This document shows, one piece after another, positions 26,503 through 42,597 of a DNA stretch of 64,000 nt (the stretch's first letter is position 1; each line of letters starts with the position of its first letter). The notes below the pieces were generated by a model. That model was not told where the DNA came from, searched no databases, and saw only the letters and a program-made list of their open reading frames with translations. Position numbers and translations under genes: made by a program. Source of the DNA: Guillardia theta CCMP2712 (lineage: Eukaryota; Protista; Cryptophyta); the NCBI RefSeq assembly GCF_000315625.1, contig NW_005434618.1, positions 17,607 to 81,606 on the forward strand. The letters run 5' to 3'.

Positions 26503-28037
26503 ATGGAAGACCATTCACGTCATGTCCCTGCTGGACAAATCGCGTCGGCTCCAGCATGCTGGCGACCATTCGAAGAAGCCAGGGCACATGTCCGCTCCTT
26601 CAAGATCCAAGACCAGAAGGCCTGGCGAGCATGGAGCAAGAGCGGCAGGTAGCATGCCTGCTGCCTCCTGCTCCTTCCCTCACTGCTGCTGCTCCAGAAG
26701 GCCTCACGACATCCCATCGCATCCTGATGATGCGTACGCGGACAGCGGGTGAGGCATGGAGGGACGAGAGAAGAGGAGGCGGAGGAAGGAGAGGGGAGGG
26801 GGCACAGGGAGGGGGCACAGGGAGGGGGTGAGGGAGGGAGAGGAGCAGAGAGGGGGGTAGCAGAGACACTGAGAGTGGAAGCAGGTGGATATCATGGCGA
26901 GATTGGTTGGGAACATCCGATGGGTTGAGACCTCCTCCCCCCTCCTCCCTCCTACTCTACTGTCTCTTCCTTCTTCACCCCCTCTCCCTCTCCATCCCCT
27001 CTCCCTTTGACCCTCTCGTCCTTCTCAGTCATCAGCACATCCTCTCCCCGTTCCATCGCTCCTGTATCCCTTCTCCTCCACCCCCTGACCTTTCACAGGA
27101 GACCTCCGAGGTCCACCAAGAGCAAGTGGAAGCGGTTTGAAGAAGGTAGCAAAGCGAAGACGAGGAGGAGGGAGGCTGACACAAGTAACAGCTCGTTCCT
27201 TCGTTCACTCGTTGGGTTTGGAAAACCAGAGGGAGTGGAGGAGGTGAGGAAAATTGATCCTCCCGCTTCCTCCTCCTCCTCCTCCTCCTCCTCCTCCTCC
27301 TCCTCCTCCTCCTCCTCCTCCTTTTCTTCCTCCTCCTTCTGCTTGTCCTCCTCCTCCTTCTTTTCTTCCTCCTCCTCCGCCTCCTCCACTTTCCTTCCCC
27401 TTCTTCCCTCCCAGCCGGATGAAGAGGTGGAGAGTCAAAGCAAGAACGGGAAGGGAGAGGGGAAAGTGCTGAGAGCTCTGTAGGATGAAGAGGAAGGGAG
27501 AGGGACAGAGGACAGGGAGAAGAGGAGAGAGACGGGAGACGGGAGGAGGCAACAGTCATTCTCACGCAGGTGGAGTTGTGCTGACAGACCGGAGGACATC
27601 CCGTCGCATCCTCACTTGGCGGTGAGAGCACGCGCATGTCCTGACCTCCTCTTACTCTGCAACGACAGTACAAGCATGCGGGATGGCTGTCATGGCGCGA
27701 CTGGCTGGGGACAGCGGAGGGAATGGTGCGAAGAGGAGAAGGAGGAGGAGGAGGAGGAGGAGGAGGAGGAGGAAGAGGAGGAGTGACTCGAATGCAGCCA
27801 CCGAAGAAGAGCAGGAGCGTGACAGGGAAGAGGCAGAGAGTTGCAGGAGGTCCAGCGGAAGAAGGAGGAGATAGAAAGCAGGAGGACGGGGAGGATGGGG
27901 AAGAGGAGGACTGTGATCTGCTGGGAGTGGTGGATCGCTACTTTGCTAAGTTCCTTCCTGGTGAGCATGTGGTGGAGGGGAGGAGGAACGTGCTGACGTA
28001 CAAGGCAGAGGGAGAAAGCGAGCATGCGGGGCTGTGA
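26503..28037 (+). CDS. Multi-exon protein with two Trp-rich ~55-aa repeats (integrase-repeat-unit-like); 5' exon may start at ~26283
   Basis: Manual splicing of GT-AG introns gives WRPFEEARAHVRSFKIQDQKAWRAWSKSGRRPHDIPSHPDDAYADSGWISWRDWLG and WKRFEEARSFVHSLGLENQREWRRWSCADRPEDIPSHPHLAYKHAGWLSWRDWLG, followed by a Gly/basic/acidic tail. Confidence 0.75.
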
Positions 28038-28130
28038 GGAAGGGGATAGGAAGAGCGGGAAAGGACGACGATGGAGGAGGAGAAGGAGGAGGGGGAGGAA
28101 GGGGGAGGAGGAGGAGGAACAGGGGGATTT

Positions 28131-31775
<3,645 letters not shown>

Positions 31776-32692
31776 CTTCTGGTCCACTGTGACGAGACCT
31801 GCAGAGAAAACATGAGCGGAGTCACGCGGCATGTTGGTGATCGGAAGACATGTTGGTGTTTAGAGCGTCTCGTCAAGAACGTATCATGAGTGCATTTTGA
31901 GATCTCAGTGCATATCAACACTGATATGAAAGCAACAGAATGCCTCTCATCTCCTCTTCTATCTCATCCTGCTGCATCATCCCAGAGTCATCCCCAGAGT
32001 CACGGGACAGGTGCAGGTTTGTCCTACGGCCGAATCCCTCATCTATTCCACGAGGACACTCCTCTATGCAACCTCTCAACCTTCACGACAACTTTCATCT
32101 TTCTCGTCGTGAATCATGTGTCAGACTTCACTCGTGCTCACAACCCCATCAATCTCCCTCTCTCACTCATTCACTTCCCACCGAGCGACCATCCTTGCTT
32201 GACTTTGATTTACATCCAGTTCAGCAGCAAACCTTTCCTATCCGTTTCATGTCTTCCTTCTCCTCCTCATCGTTCCTGCCTTTGCTTCTCTTCCTTCCTC
32301 CTCTCCTTCTCTCTCCTTCTCCCTCTCCCTCCACTCTCTCCGTTCACTACCCATCTCCAGGCGGCCTAAGGGAGACATTGGAATTATGATTACCGGGTAC
32401 TTTTCCTGGTTTGAAGGGGGTAGTAGCTCCAAGGGGGTGGTGGATATAAATGTCACCCTAGGTTCCCTGGGTTGGGTACTAGACTTCAGGGGGTAGTACA
32501 AGGGAAAAGGTGGGGTAGGGGTGTAAAATTCTTTTTTCGAGTAGGGTGGGTATTCTGTAATTGTAGGTAGGGTCATGTTGAACGGGGGGGTTCAATGTCT
32601 CCCTGTGTCAGTCGAAAGACGGGTGGGTGGTGGTTGGGAGGGGGTAGGGGGTGTGGGTGTGACCCAAACTTTTCTCGTACTACAAGATCTGT

Positions 32693-32788
32693 CACTCATC
32701 CCCCTCATTTCTCACTCATCCCCCTCATTTCTCACTCATCCCCCTCATTTCTCACTCATCCCCTCATTTCTCACTCATCCCCCTCATT
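32693..32788. repeat. Minisatellite, 20-bp unit CACTCATCCCCCTCATTTCT, about 5 copies
   Basis: Tandem copies seen directly, in the divergent region between the ABC1 kinase and transporter genes. Confidence 0.9.
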
Positions 32789-33013
32789 CGCATCTTGGCA
32801 TCTCCCCTCATCCCCACACCATACCTTCCCGATGAGTCATTGCACCATGGAGGGCGGGCTTGGATTTGTAAGTGGGTAGGGTAGTGAAAATACCTGGGTG
32901 GGGGTATTGTGACTACCATCTTTATACTTGAAAAAATAGGGGTATTTGCCAATTTTGAATGGTGGGGTTTAAAAGCTGGGGTAGGGGGTGGGTTATCGAT
33001 TCGCCGGTTTTAG

Positions 33014-35815
33014 ATGGCGGATCCGAGTGATTATGACGCCCTCGATGGTGAGGAGGAGGAGGAGGAGGGGAGAAGATGAGGATGAAGACATTCAATCTCA
33101 TGATCTTTGATGATGATACTTTTATCTACGATCGTCGTTCTGATCTTTTGTTGGTTTCTGCATTAAATTCTTGCATCTTGTTCGCGATAGGTTGCGACTG
33201 AACGTTGATGTGAAGTCGCGATCAAACAGCTGCACTTGATCATCTCGTGGATGATTTGTCATTTCTTTATGTGAAACGAATTGCTAAGAAGTATTCGTGC
33301 TGATGCTGTTGTTGTTGTGAACTTGATCGTGATCAGACTCGTGATCACGATCATCACGGGTGGGATGATGCTTCGTAGGAGATAGGGAGGAAGAGGCAGA
33401 TGCCTCGTGCTGTTGAGCTGACTCAGACCTCTCGCAGATGACAACAACCAGTACAAGTTGCCTGAGAACCCGACGATAACAGACTACGTTCTACACCCTT
33501 ACAGGTAGTCCGACCCCTGATCAGGAGCTGTTTGACTCGGGTATGGCAGGGGGTTGAAGAGTTTCAAAGACACTCTGCTGCACAATTTCGGATGGAAATT
33601 CACCACACAGATCGGCGTCATGTACCTGTTCGTCAAAGGTCTCCTCAACTCCATCATGGGCCTAATCAAGCTCTCCTACTGCAAGAAGTCCCTCCAGATC
33701 GATGGGAACCAGTGCCAGACGATGGTGAGAAGCACGGGCACGAGCATGAGCACGATCATGACGAGCAGTAACATAAGAAGGAGGAGGAGGAGGAGGAGGA
33801 GGAGGAGGAGGAGACGGGAGGAGGGAGGAGGGAAGGAGGAGTGTTAGTGGTAGGTTTGACAGTGCAGTGTCGGTGATGATCTTGTAGGATGCAGGAAGGA
33901 CCAGGGAGAGGGAAGGAGAAGGAGGGAGAGGGAAGGAAGAGGATGGTGATGGGGGGGCATGAGAGGAGTAGGACGAAGGAGAACGGGGATCAGGAGGAGG
34001 GGCTGGTAGACTGACTGGGCTGGTAGATGTCCATAGCCATGACACCCTGGGCGATCAAGGGAGCTATGGGGGTGGTCTCGGACGCTTACCCTCTGCTCGG
34101 CTATCACAAGAAGAGCTACATCATCGCCTCCGCGTTCCTGGGCACCTTCGCATTCTTCATGCTCGCGTCGACCCCTATCCACGTGGCCTGGCTGGCAGCG
34201 ATCTTTCTGTTCCTTGCCAACTTCCAGATCGCCACCTGCGACCTCCTGTGCGAGGGCAAGTACGCTGAGAGGATGCAGGCGAAGCCCAAGACCGGGTCGA
34301 CGATGGTGTCGTTCGTGTGGGGATGCTTCCAGCTCGGGAGCTTCATCGCCTCCGTCTTCGTGGGCCCGATCGCCGACAACTATGACCCTCAGATCATCTT
34401 CTGGGTTTGCATCCCCCTTGCCGCCAGCATCCTTATCCCCACAGTCATGGACTACCTCGGGGACGAGAAGGTGGAGGAGGAGAAGCGGGGGATCGACTGG
34501 TCGCTGCTCAAGGAGCACACGTACATGATCCTCTTCTGCCTGATCATGGCGGCGGTGGCCATGGGCAATGCCATCATCGACCTCCTCCTCTTCCAGTACC
34601 ACCAGGTGCAGGCTCTGTACGCCGTCGTCTGCTCCGTCATCCTCTGTATCCTCGCGTTCCGATGGCTCCCCCCGCAGCTGGCAAGGTGCAACCTGTACAT
34701 GTTCATCTCGTGCGTGCTCTATATCAACATCAGCGGTGCCCAAGACTTCTGGTTCACCGCTGATGACAAGTGCGTCCCCGGAGGCCCGGCGTTCGACTAC
34801 ACCTACTACAACACGTACGCGTCTCTGGTGGGGTCAGTGACTGGATGGATTGGCATCGTTCTCTTCCAGGCGACCATGAGCGACTGGAACTTCCGCACGC
34901 TCTTCTGGGTGACGACGCTGATCCAGATCGTAGCTGCCAGCTTCGACATGCTCATCATAGCGCGAGTGAACATCGCGTGGGGTATCAGCGACAAGGCCTT
35001 CTACATGTTCGGCGATGCCGTGATCGGCAACGTCGTCGGCATGTTCGGCCTCATGCCGATGCTCGTCCTGACCTCGAAGCTCGTGCCCAAGGGCCTGGAG
35101 GCCACCACGTACGCCCTCCTAGCCGGCTTCCAGAACTTCGGGGGTGTCGTGTCGAGCCAGATCGGAGTGTACGCGACGCAGGCGGCAGGGATCAAGACCA
35201 AGGACCCGTGCGACTTCGAGAACCTGAACATGCTCGTGCTCGTGTGCCACTGCTTGCTGCCACTCATCGCCATCCCCCTCACCTTCCTCCTCATCCCGAA
35301 CAAGGTCAGTGAAGGGGAGCTGAGGGGAGGAGGGGAGGGGGGGAGGAGGGGAGGAGGAAGCAGTGGCACACGAGCACGAGCATGTTCAGGTTCTCGAAGT
35401 CGCACGGGTCCTTGGTCTTGATCCCTGCCGCCTGCGGGGAGTAGCAGCACCAGCACCAGCAGGAGCAGGAGAAGAGAAGGAGAAGGAGAAGGAGAAGGAG
35501 AAGGAGAAGGGGAAGGGTGTCTGATGAATTTTGTTTCGCAGAGAATGACGGACAAGCTTATCGACGACGAGGGAAGAGAAATCGAAGACGATCAGGTACA
35601 CTTGTTCGCAAACCGTCTCCCGCCTGCTTTCTTCCTCGTACTCTCCTCCGTCCACCGTGACCCTTGTTCATCCTCATCCCCCTCTTTCTCCCTCCTCATC
35701 CTACTGTTTCCACTTCTCCTCCTCCTCCTCCTCCTGCTCCTCTCCCTCCTCCTCCCTCCTCCTCCTCACCCTGTAGCAGGAGGACTCGCTGCTACAGAAC
35801 CCAGCGAGGAGCTGA
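33014..35815 (+). CDS. Folate-biopterin transporter (BT1/FBT, MFS), multi-exon
   Basis: Motifs PWAIKGAMGVVSDAYPLLGYHKKSY, DLLCEGKYAE and LVPKGLEATTYALLAGFQNFG, with many TM helices. Small 5' exons from ATG 33014 and 3' exons to TGA 35815 were spliced manually. Confidence 0.9.
35177..35436. repeat. Perfect 79-bp inverted repeat (exon 35177-35255; intron 35358-35436)
   Basis: The intronic sequence aagcagtggcacacg...gccgcctgcg is the exact reverse complement of the exonic cgcaggcggc...gccactgctt. Confidence 0.95.
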
Positions 35816-36014
35816 AGGTGAGGCCGACGGCCGACGTGTATCATAGGTTATTCATCCTCGACTCATCACTCAATTAAATCAAGACAACGAATTCAGCATG
35901 ACATGATTTATCAAACTCCTCCTCCTCCTCCTCCTCCTCCTCCTCCTCCTCCTCTCCCTCCTTCTCTTCTTCCTCCTCCCTTATACCTCTCCCCCAACTC
36001 CCTCTTACACCCAC

Positions 36015-39000
36015 CTACTTCACTCCGATGATCTTCTTCGCTACGTCCACGTCGCTCATCCCCTTCCTCGACTCCTCGATCACCGCCATGCTGATCTCGC
36101 TGTATCCCATCTTCCTCGCGTGCTCTTCCGCCTGCTTCTTCGCCGGCCCCCGCACGAAGAACGGCGCTCTCTCCAGCTCCTTCCGGGCTTCCTCCGTCCA
36201 CCTCGGCTCTCTGCCCAGCTGGTGAGCCACCCCTCCACCCCCTCCATCCCTCGCATCACTCACTTGGGTACGGCTGCTCCGTCCCCCGGCAGCGCCGCCA
36301 CTGCCAGCGGCGTCATCTGCTCCTGGGCTCCAGCTGGGGTCGGGGCTGCTGCCAGCCGGTCAGCCGCAAAGTCGTTGAGGGCCGCGTCGAGGCTGTCGAG
36401 GGCCGAGACGCAGCTGGAGACAAACTGGGAGGATACTGGGGAGAACCTGCCGCCATGCAGCGCGACTCGCTCCTCGAGCCGGCAGGCCGTGCGCTGGAGC
36501 AGGATGGAGGACAGGCGGGTCGCGACTGACAGCATGCCGGGCTGCAGCCTCTGCACCCGCTCAACCACCTCCCTCAGCTCCTCCGCACTCTGCGGGAGCC
36601 TCGGCCCCCCGGCACCCAGCAGAGAGCTGAGCTGGGGGAGCTGAGGGGCAGGTGGGACGTCGGCAAGATCGTCGGCGTCGGGGGAGGAGGGCCGAGGGGA
36701 AGAGAAGGACTGCAGGAAGTTCCAGAGCTTCGCCGCCGTCTGCAGAGACGCCTCGTCCTCCTCGTCCGCCGAGATCAGCTCGATGGCGTCGAGGGTGAGC
36801 TCGGCGGGGAGGAAGACTGGGCGGACGAGGTTCTGGAGAGGAGCTGGGAGCTGCTGGGCAAGGGCCTTCTGCTGCTTCAGTGCCTCCACCGCCGCGCTCC
36901 CGATCGGGTTCAGCGTCGCCTGCTTGAGCAAGCTCCTGCCTCCCGCGTCCACGATCGCTGCCAGCTCCTCCAGCAGCACCTGCTGCACGAAGTTGCCCTG
37001 CGGGGAGAGGAGGAGCTCTATGACCTGGTCGGTGGCCCGGTCGAGCCCAGCTGACTTCTCAACTGAGCTCGTGCTGGCGGTGTAGCTCTGGAAGCCCGAG
37101 GAGAGCTCCTTGAGGCGGGCCACGTTGAGCGCTCCTGCTCCCTCCTGCCCCGCCTGAGCCCCGTAGAGCATCTGCCGCAGGGCCTCCTGGGCCCGGGGGG
37201 AGCTGTCGGAGAAGAGCCTCTTGGCGAGGTAGGGGTAGCACTCCTGCGCGATGGAGTAGTCCTCGTCCTGCTGCAGGCCGATACCCTCGAGGACGGAGAA
37301 GGTTCGGAGGATGTAGGCCATCCAAGGGGGGATCTGGAAGTAGTTATTGTCGTCCTCCTGCAGCTGCTCCATCTTCCTTGCCACGTCCCCCACGTTCACT
37401 CGCTCCTCCGTCACCAGCCCCTGCTCGTTCATCTCCTTGAACTTGGCCCGCATCCTCTCCCTGATCTCCTCCCTCGGCAGGTCCCCGAACTCCTCCCTGA
37501 TCTGCTTGATCATCCTCTCCTGCACCTTCTTGGGCCCTCCCCCCATCGCCAGCTGCCGCAAGATCACCGAGAGCGCCTCCACCACCCCAGCTCGCTGGAT
37601 CAGCGCCTCCTTCCCGGCAGGAACGAACCCGAGCTTGATCAGGTCGCGAGGGATCTGCTTGTAGTCCTCGGACATGAGGTGGGCGATGTACTCGATCAAC
37701 GCGTACTGCAGGTCCTTCTCGACCTCGATGCACATCCCAAAGTCGAGGATGCAGAGCTTCCCGTCCTCCGTCCTCAGCAGGTTCCCAGGGTGCGGGTCGC
37801 AGTGCAGCAGCCCGGTGTCCAGCAGCATCGTCAGGTACGCGTTCAGCGCCACCCCGCAAAGTCTTCCCACGTCGTCCTCAGAGCTCTTCTCCAGCCTCTC
37901 CCCGACCACCCAGCGAGTCGTCAGGACCCGCTCAGTCGACAGATCCTCCACAACTTCAGCCGTTGTCACTGCGTCGAGGCCCCGGGCCCTCATGGCGGCG
38001 AGGAAGCGCTGAGAGTTGACGGCCTCTCGCTCGTAGTCGAGCTCGTTGACAAAGCCAGCACCCCTGCCGCAGCGTCACGGGGAGGAAGGAGGGGAGGGGA
38101 TGGAGGATGCGATACACGACTTGTTTGTGGTAGTGGAGCAGGAGCAGGAGCAGGGGCAGGAGCAGGGGCAGGGGCAGGGGCAGGGGCAGGGGCAGGGGCA
38201 GAAGCAGGGGCAGGGGCAGGAGCAGGGGCAGGAGCAGGGGCAGGGGCAGGGGCAGGAACAGCAGGAGCAGGAGCAGGAGCCTAACAATATGAAAGAGTAG
38301 GACGAGGTGGTGGAGCAGTGGAGTGAGACGGGAGATGCAAGGGGAGTTGGGGATGAGGGAGGGGCAGGGACAAGACGGGAGGGTCGTCACCATTCATCGA
38401 TGAGGCCGACGAGGTCGCTGTTGAGCTTGAAGAACTTCTTCCAGAGGGGGGCGATGGTCCTGCAGACGTAGAGGTCGAGCGCGATGTCCTTGATGACGTC
38501 AGGGCGCTGGACTTTGATCGCAACCTCCTGCCCGTCCATGAGCTCCCCCTTGTACACCTGCCCGATGGAGGCGGCGGCGACGGGGGCGCTGGAGACGGTG
38601 CGGAAGATGCCCTTCAGGCTCTTGCCTCCTGTGGAACTGCGGAGTTCCTCCTCTATGATCTCCATGGCGATGTGATTGGGGAAGGGCTTCACTCGGTCCT
38701 GTAGCTCGCTCAGCTCCTTCACGTAGGGAGCAGGGAGGATGTCGCCGCGGATGGAGAGAGCCTGGAAGGTGTCAGGAGGAAACAACAGGCAAGGTAGAGG
38801 AGGGTGAGGACGGCGATACATGGGACAGGGGTACCAGGAGCGGGAGCGGGAGCAGGAGGGAGGAGGGAGGAGGGAGGAGGGGGCATACCTGTCCAATCTT
38901 GATAGCTGTGGTGCCCAAGCGCTGGGTCAGGCCCAGGAGCTGCTTGGCTCTCATCGGCATGTTCTTCTCCCACTTGTTTCCTCGTCCTCCGATCCCCCCA

Positions 39001-39908
39001 TACTCGTACCGATCTCTCAACAACCCGATCCCCCATCCTCCCAGGATATAGGCCAGCTGCACTGCCCTCCCGTACTTGAGAACCCAACGCTTGTTGAAGT
39101 ACCTGTCTGCTGCCGCAGGGTCGTACGTCTTGCCGGGGTAAGGAAGCTCCTCCTCTCTCCTCACCACGGAGGAGAAGGAGACAACAGAGGCGAACCAGAG
39201 GCCAAGGGCCTTGGCGTTGAAGGGATAGCCGTTGAACAAATCGTTGTCACTGTCCCTCGAAACCTCGTGGATAGCAGCGGCAAGCTTGCTGTACAGGATG
39301 GACACAAAGGAGGACAGCTCCTGCTCTGCCAGCTGCACGGGCTTCGGGAGAGCAGCGTTGAGCTCTCTCAGGGCCTTGAGGAGCTGGTCCGCCTTCACCT
39401 CCGCCATGAGCTTCTGCAAATTGCTCTCTATCCCCTTGAGGGGAACCTGAACGCCGCCGACGTACTTGGAGGAGGAGGCCTTCGCTGCGGACAGCAGGGC
39501 CTCCATCTGCTTCAGCACTTGTGCTCCAGCATGGATCACCTGGTCCTTCACTCCCTGCACGCCAGCGGGTCCCGCAGAGGCAGTCGCGTCTGCGAGCAAG
39601 TTGCTGGCGTGCTGGTCGCCAAGATGACGTTGCGCAGGCTCAACGCTCTCTTGGAGCAGCGACAGTCCGTTCATCACCTCGTGAAACCCGTCCATGGCCA
39701 TCAAGCTCAAAGGCCCGACGCCGGGAGCAGCAGAAGGAACCTGGCCGACTCTCCCCTTTCTCTCCAACTTGGTTCTCAGCCCCAAGGTAAACCTGTGATG
39801 CGTGCGAGCTGAGAATTGTGCGGCAAGCGGGGATGATGTGAAGCAGAAAGCTTCGTTCAGACATGCGAGCAGGAGGGCGAGGGCGCATACTCTGCTCGCG
39901 CATAGCAT
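36015..39908 (-). CDS. ABC1/UbiB atypical kinase, plastid-targeted, with a probable C-terminal PCP_red (ChlB/BchB C-terminal) domain
   Basis: Signal peptide ...LNEAFC-F. Motifs LGTTAIKIGQ/ALSIRGDIL, PVAAASIGQVYKG..VAIKVQRP, LLHCDPHPGNLL..ILDFGM. Intron 36263-36211 (GTGAGT...GGCAG) joins AVPK in frame to EPRWTEEARKELERAPFFVRGPAKKQAEEHARKMG. Confidence 0.88.
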
Positions 39909-40490
39909 GCGATCCACCAATCTCCTGCATGTTGCCTTGTACGGAGTTTTGCTGCTCAACGACCTCGTCGTACTGCTGTCTCCCCATGTCGTTCCATGCA
40001 TGCTGGCTACTTCTCCTGCTCTTCCTCGTCCTTCCTCACTTGCTCCTTCCTCCCTCCTCCCTCTTCCTCCTCTTCCTCCTCTTCCTCCCTCGTGACTGCT
40101 GAACATGCGCCTTGTATGCATGCCTCCCTGTCTCTTGTTTGGGTCGCCGTTACTCTTATAACCGACCAACAAACTGCCCCTTATATCTGGCCGGGCCCCC
40201 GGTCGGGGCGGCGGCCGGGCCTCCGGGTCACCGTTGGCACTGACACAGGCTGCGGCCAGACTCAGAGCACTGACTACTGCGGCAGCAGTGACTACTTACA
40301 TCGTGAACTTCGGAACTGGAAGGCTGAACTTGCAATCCGCGGCCGGGGTGGGAGAGGGGGCGCCGGGCCGCCCGGTGGACCGTTTCAGGGCCTGCCATTT
40401 CCGGGAGTGCGGTCAGTGACTCATCCCGGCCGGGTCCGGAGCCGGCTGAGTCAGCGGCTGAGTCACCAGCTGAGTCACCCGGGAGTCCGA

Positions 40491-40655
40491 TCCGGACTCA
40501 CCGTGACAGGGCAGTTTCTCACCGCTGACGGTGCCCCTTTCGTGTAGGATGAATGCGGTAACTCACCGTGACAGGGCAGTTTCTCCGGACTCACCGTGAC
40601 AGGGCAGTTTCTCACCGCTGACGGTGCCCCTTTCGTGTAGGATGAAAAGCGGTAA
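40491..40655. repeat. Nested direct repeats (25-bp unit x3, ~40-bp unit x2) in a divergent promoter region
   Basis: ACTCACCGTGACAGGGCAGTTTCTC occurs three times and ACCGCTGACGGTGCCCCTTTCGTGTAGGATGAA twice. Confidence 0.85.
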
Positions 40656-40799
40656 TCAGTAATCCTGGAATTTCATATACCGGTGCAGCCCCCTGAATCC
40701 CAATATTGGCATCATCCGCGGATCCCCACAACCTCGAACGTGCCGGCCCCCATTCTTGAGTGCCCGACAGCGTTGAGGAAGAGAAAGAGAGGAAGAGGG

Positions 40800-42597
40800 A
40801 TGGGGGCGAGCGATCATGCTGGAGAAACATGGCGGGGGAGAAGAGGAGGTCCTGTTCTTCGTCACCTGCAGCTGTTCTTCTTGCAGAGTCTGTTAACATC
40901 AGCAGGGTGTCGAGTCTCTTGCTTCCAAAGTCCCCCATTGTTCCCCCCTCCTCTCAAGCCCTCCTCTGCTCCCCTTCAGCTCTCCTCTCCTCCTCTCCAT
41001 CTCCCTTGTCATCCTTCTCGGTGCAGACGCCCAATCACAGCATGCCATGCTCAATTCCAGGGAGCGATCTCGCAGTTTCTGAACCGAGAGGAGCGGCAGT
41101 GGAGCGATGTTGTGTCGTATGCCGGGGAGTGGGATCAGGACGAGCTCGAGAGCTTTCCTATGCGAGCATCCTGCATCAAACCATCGACAAAGATCGAGAA
41201 CCTAAACATGTGAGAGTGTTATGCTCCTTGTGACATCTGTGGGAGCTCGTGTTGACTTTTTGTTGCTCCTTCGGCAGAACCTTACGGGTCAGGCTCCTCC
41301 GCTACATCTTCGACTCGCTGCCGGAGTTCGAGGAGGCAGTGGAGGCGTTTGACCGCGCGCATCTGCTGGAGCCCAAGGTCTGCCGGGTGAAGGAGATTAT
41401 AGAGAGCATAGAGATGTACAAGTTCGTCCGAGACTTCTTGCTGTCTCTGCAGCACAGGAAGCACATCGACCGCGTCCTCGACGTCGCATGCGGCCATGGG
41501 CTCGTTGGCATCCTGCTGGCTCGCCGCTTTCCGTCCTTGCAGGTCACGTCGCTAGATCTCGTCGCTCGTCCCGCGTTCGACGTCTTCAGGGATGGATGGG
41601 ACGCGAGCATGCGCGAGAGGGGCCAGAGGTCGCTGGGCAACGTAGAGAAGCTGGAGGGGGACTTCCGAGACCACTTGGAGCTCGTGACGGAGACGACGCT
41701 GGTGCTGTCGGTGCATGGCTGCAACGAGGTAAACAACCTGGTCATCGAGACTGCCAGAAGTCGATCAGCAGCATGGGCGGCGCTGCCATGCTGCATACGG
41801 GACTCGCTCTTCCTCCCGTCCTCCAAGGTCCACCTGATGGACGGGTGTGCAGCGAAGGCGTCCAAGTACTTCAGGGAGTTCCAGGGAGTGCGGCATGCTT
41901 TCTTCTGCGGCTGCATGATGGAAAAGTACGAGGCCGAGGTGAGTGATCATGAAGAAGATGATGATACAGATGACTCTCTTCCTCCTGCCTCTCCTTCTCC
42001 TCCTCCTCCTCCCCCTCCTCCTCCTCCTCCTCCTCCTCCTCCTCCTCCTCCTCCTCCTCCTTCTCCTCCTTCTCCTCCTCCTCCTCCTCCTCCTCGTCCT
42101 CTTCTGCTGCTGCTGCTACTGCCCCATTTCCTCCTCCTTTGTCACCCACCCTTTCTCCCTCCTTCACTCCTCACCATCTCCCTCTTCCGGCACCCTCTCT
42201 CCTCCTCCTCCCCTTCTCCCTCTCTTTCCCCCGTCCCTCCCTCCCTCCTCATTCTTTTCCTCCACTCCTCCTGCAATGCATCCGCGTGAAACATCCTTGT
42301 TGCCTTGATTGTGCTCCTTGTGTTCTTACCCAGCGGTTGTCCATGTACGGAGGTCGTGCTCACAACTATCTTCAGATTCTTCGATCCATGGACTCTAGAA
42401 TCACTGACAAGGGAATCTTCCTGGCGGGGGTATCATGTGGATCAAGAGATGATAATGATGGTGATGGTGATGGTGATGGTGATGGTGATGGTGACGGTGA
42501 TGGTGATAGTGATATTGGTAATGAGTTTGTGAGCCTGAAAGCTGCAAGGAGAGACGCGGGTGGCAGCGTCTTGTCCACAGTGATGACCGTCGCCTGA
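40800..42597 (+). CDS. Class I SAM-dependent methyltransferase (Methyltransf_32-like), multi-exon
   Basis: Motif I RVLDVACGHGLVGILLA, then VLSVHGCN and LPCC. Last exon ...SMDSRITDKGIFLAG with a DG repeat. Start is inferred. Confidence 0.78.
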
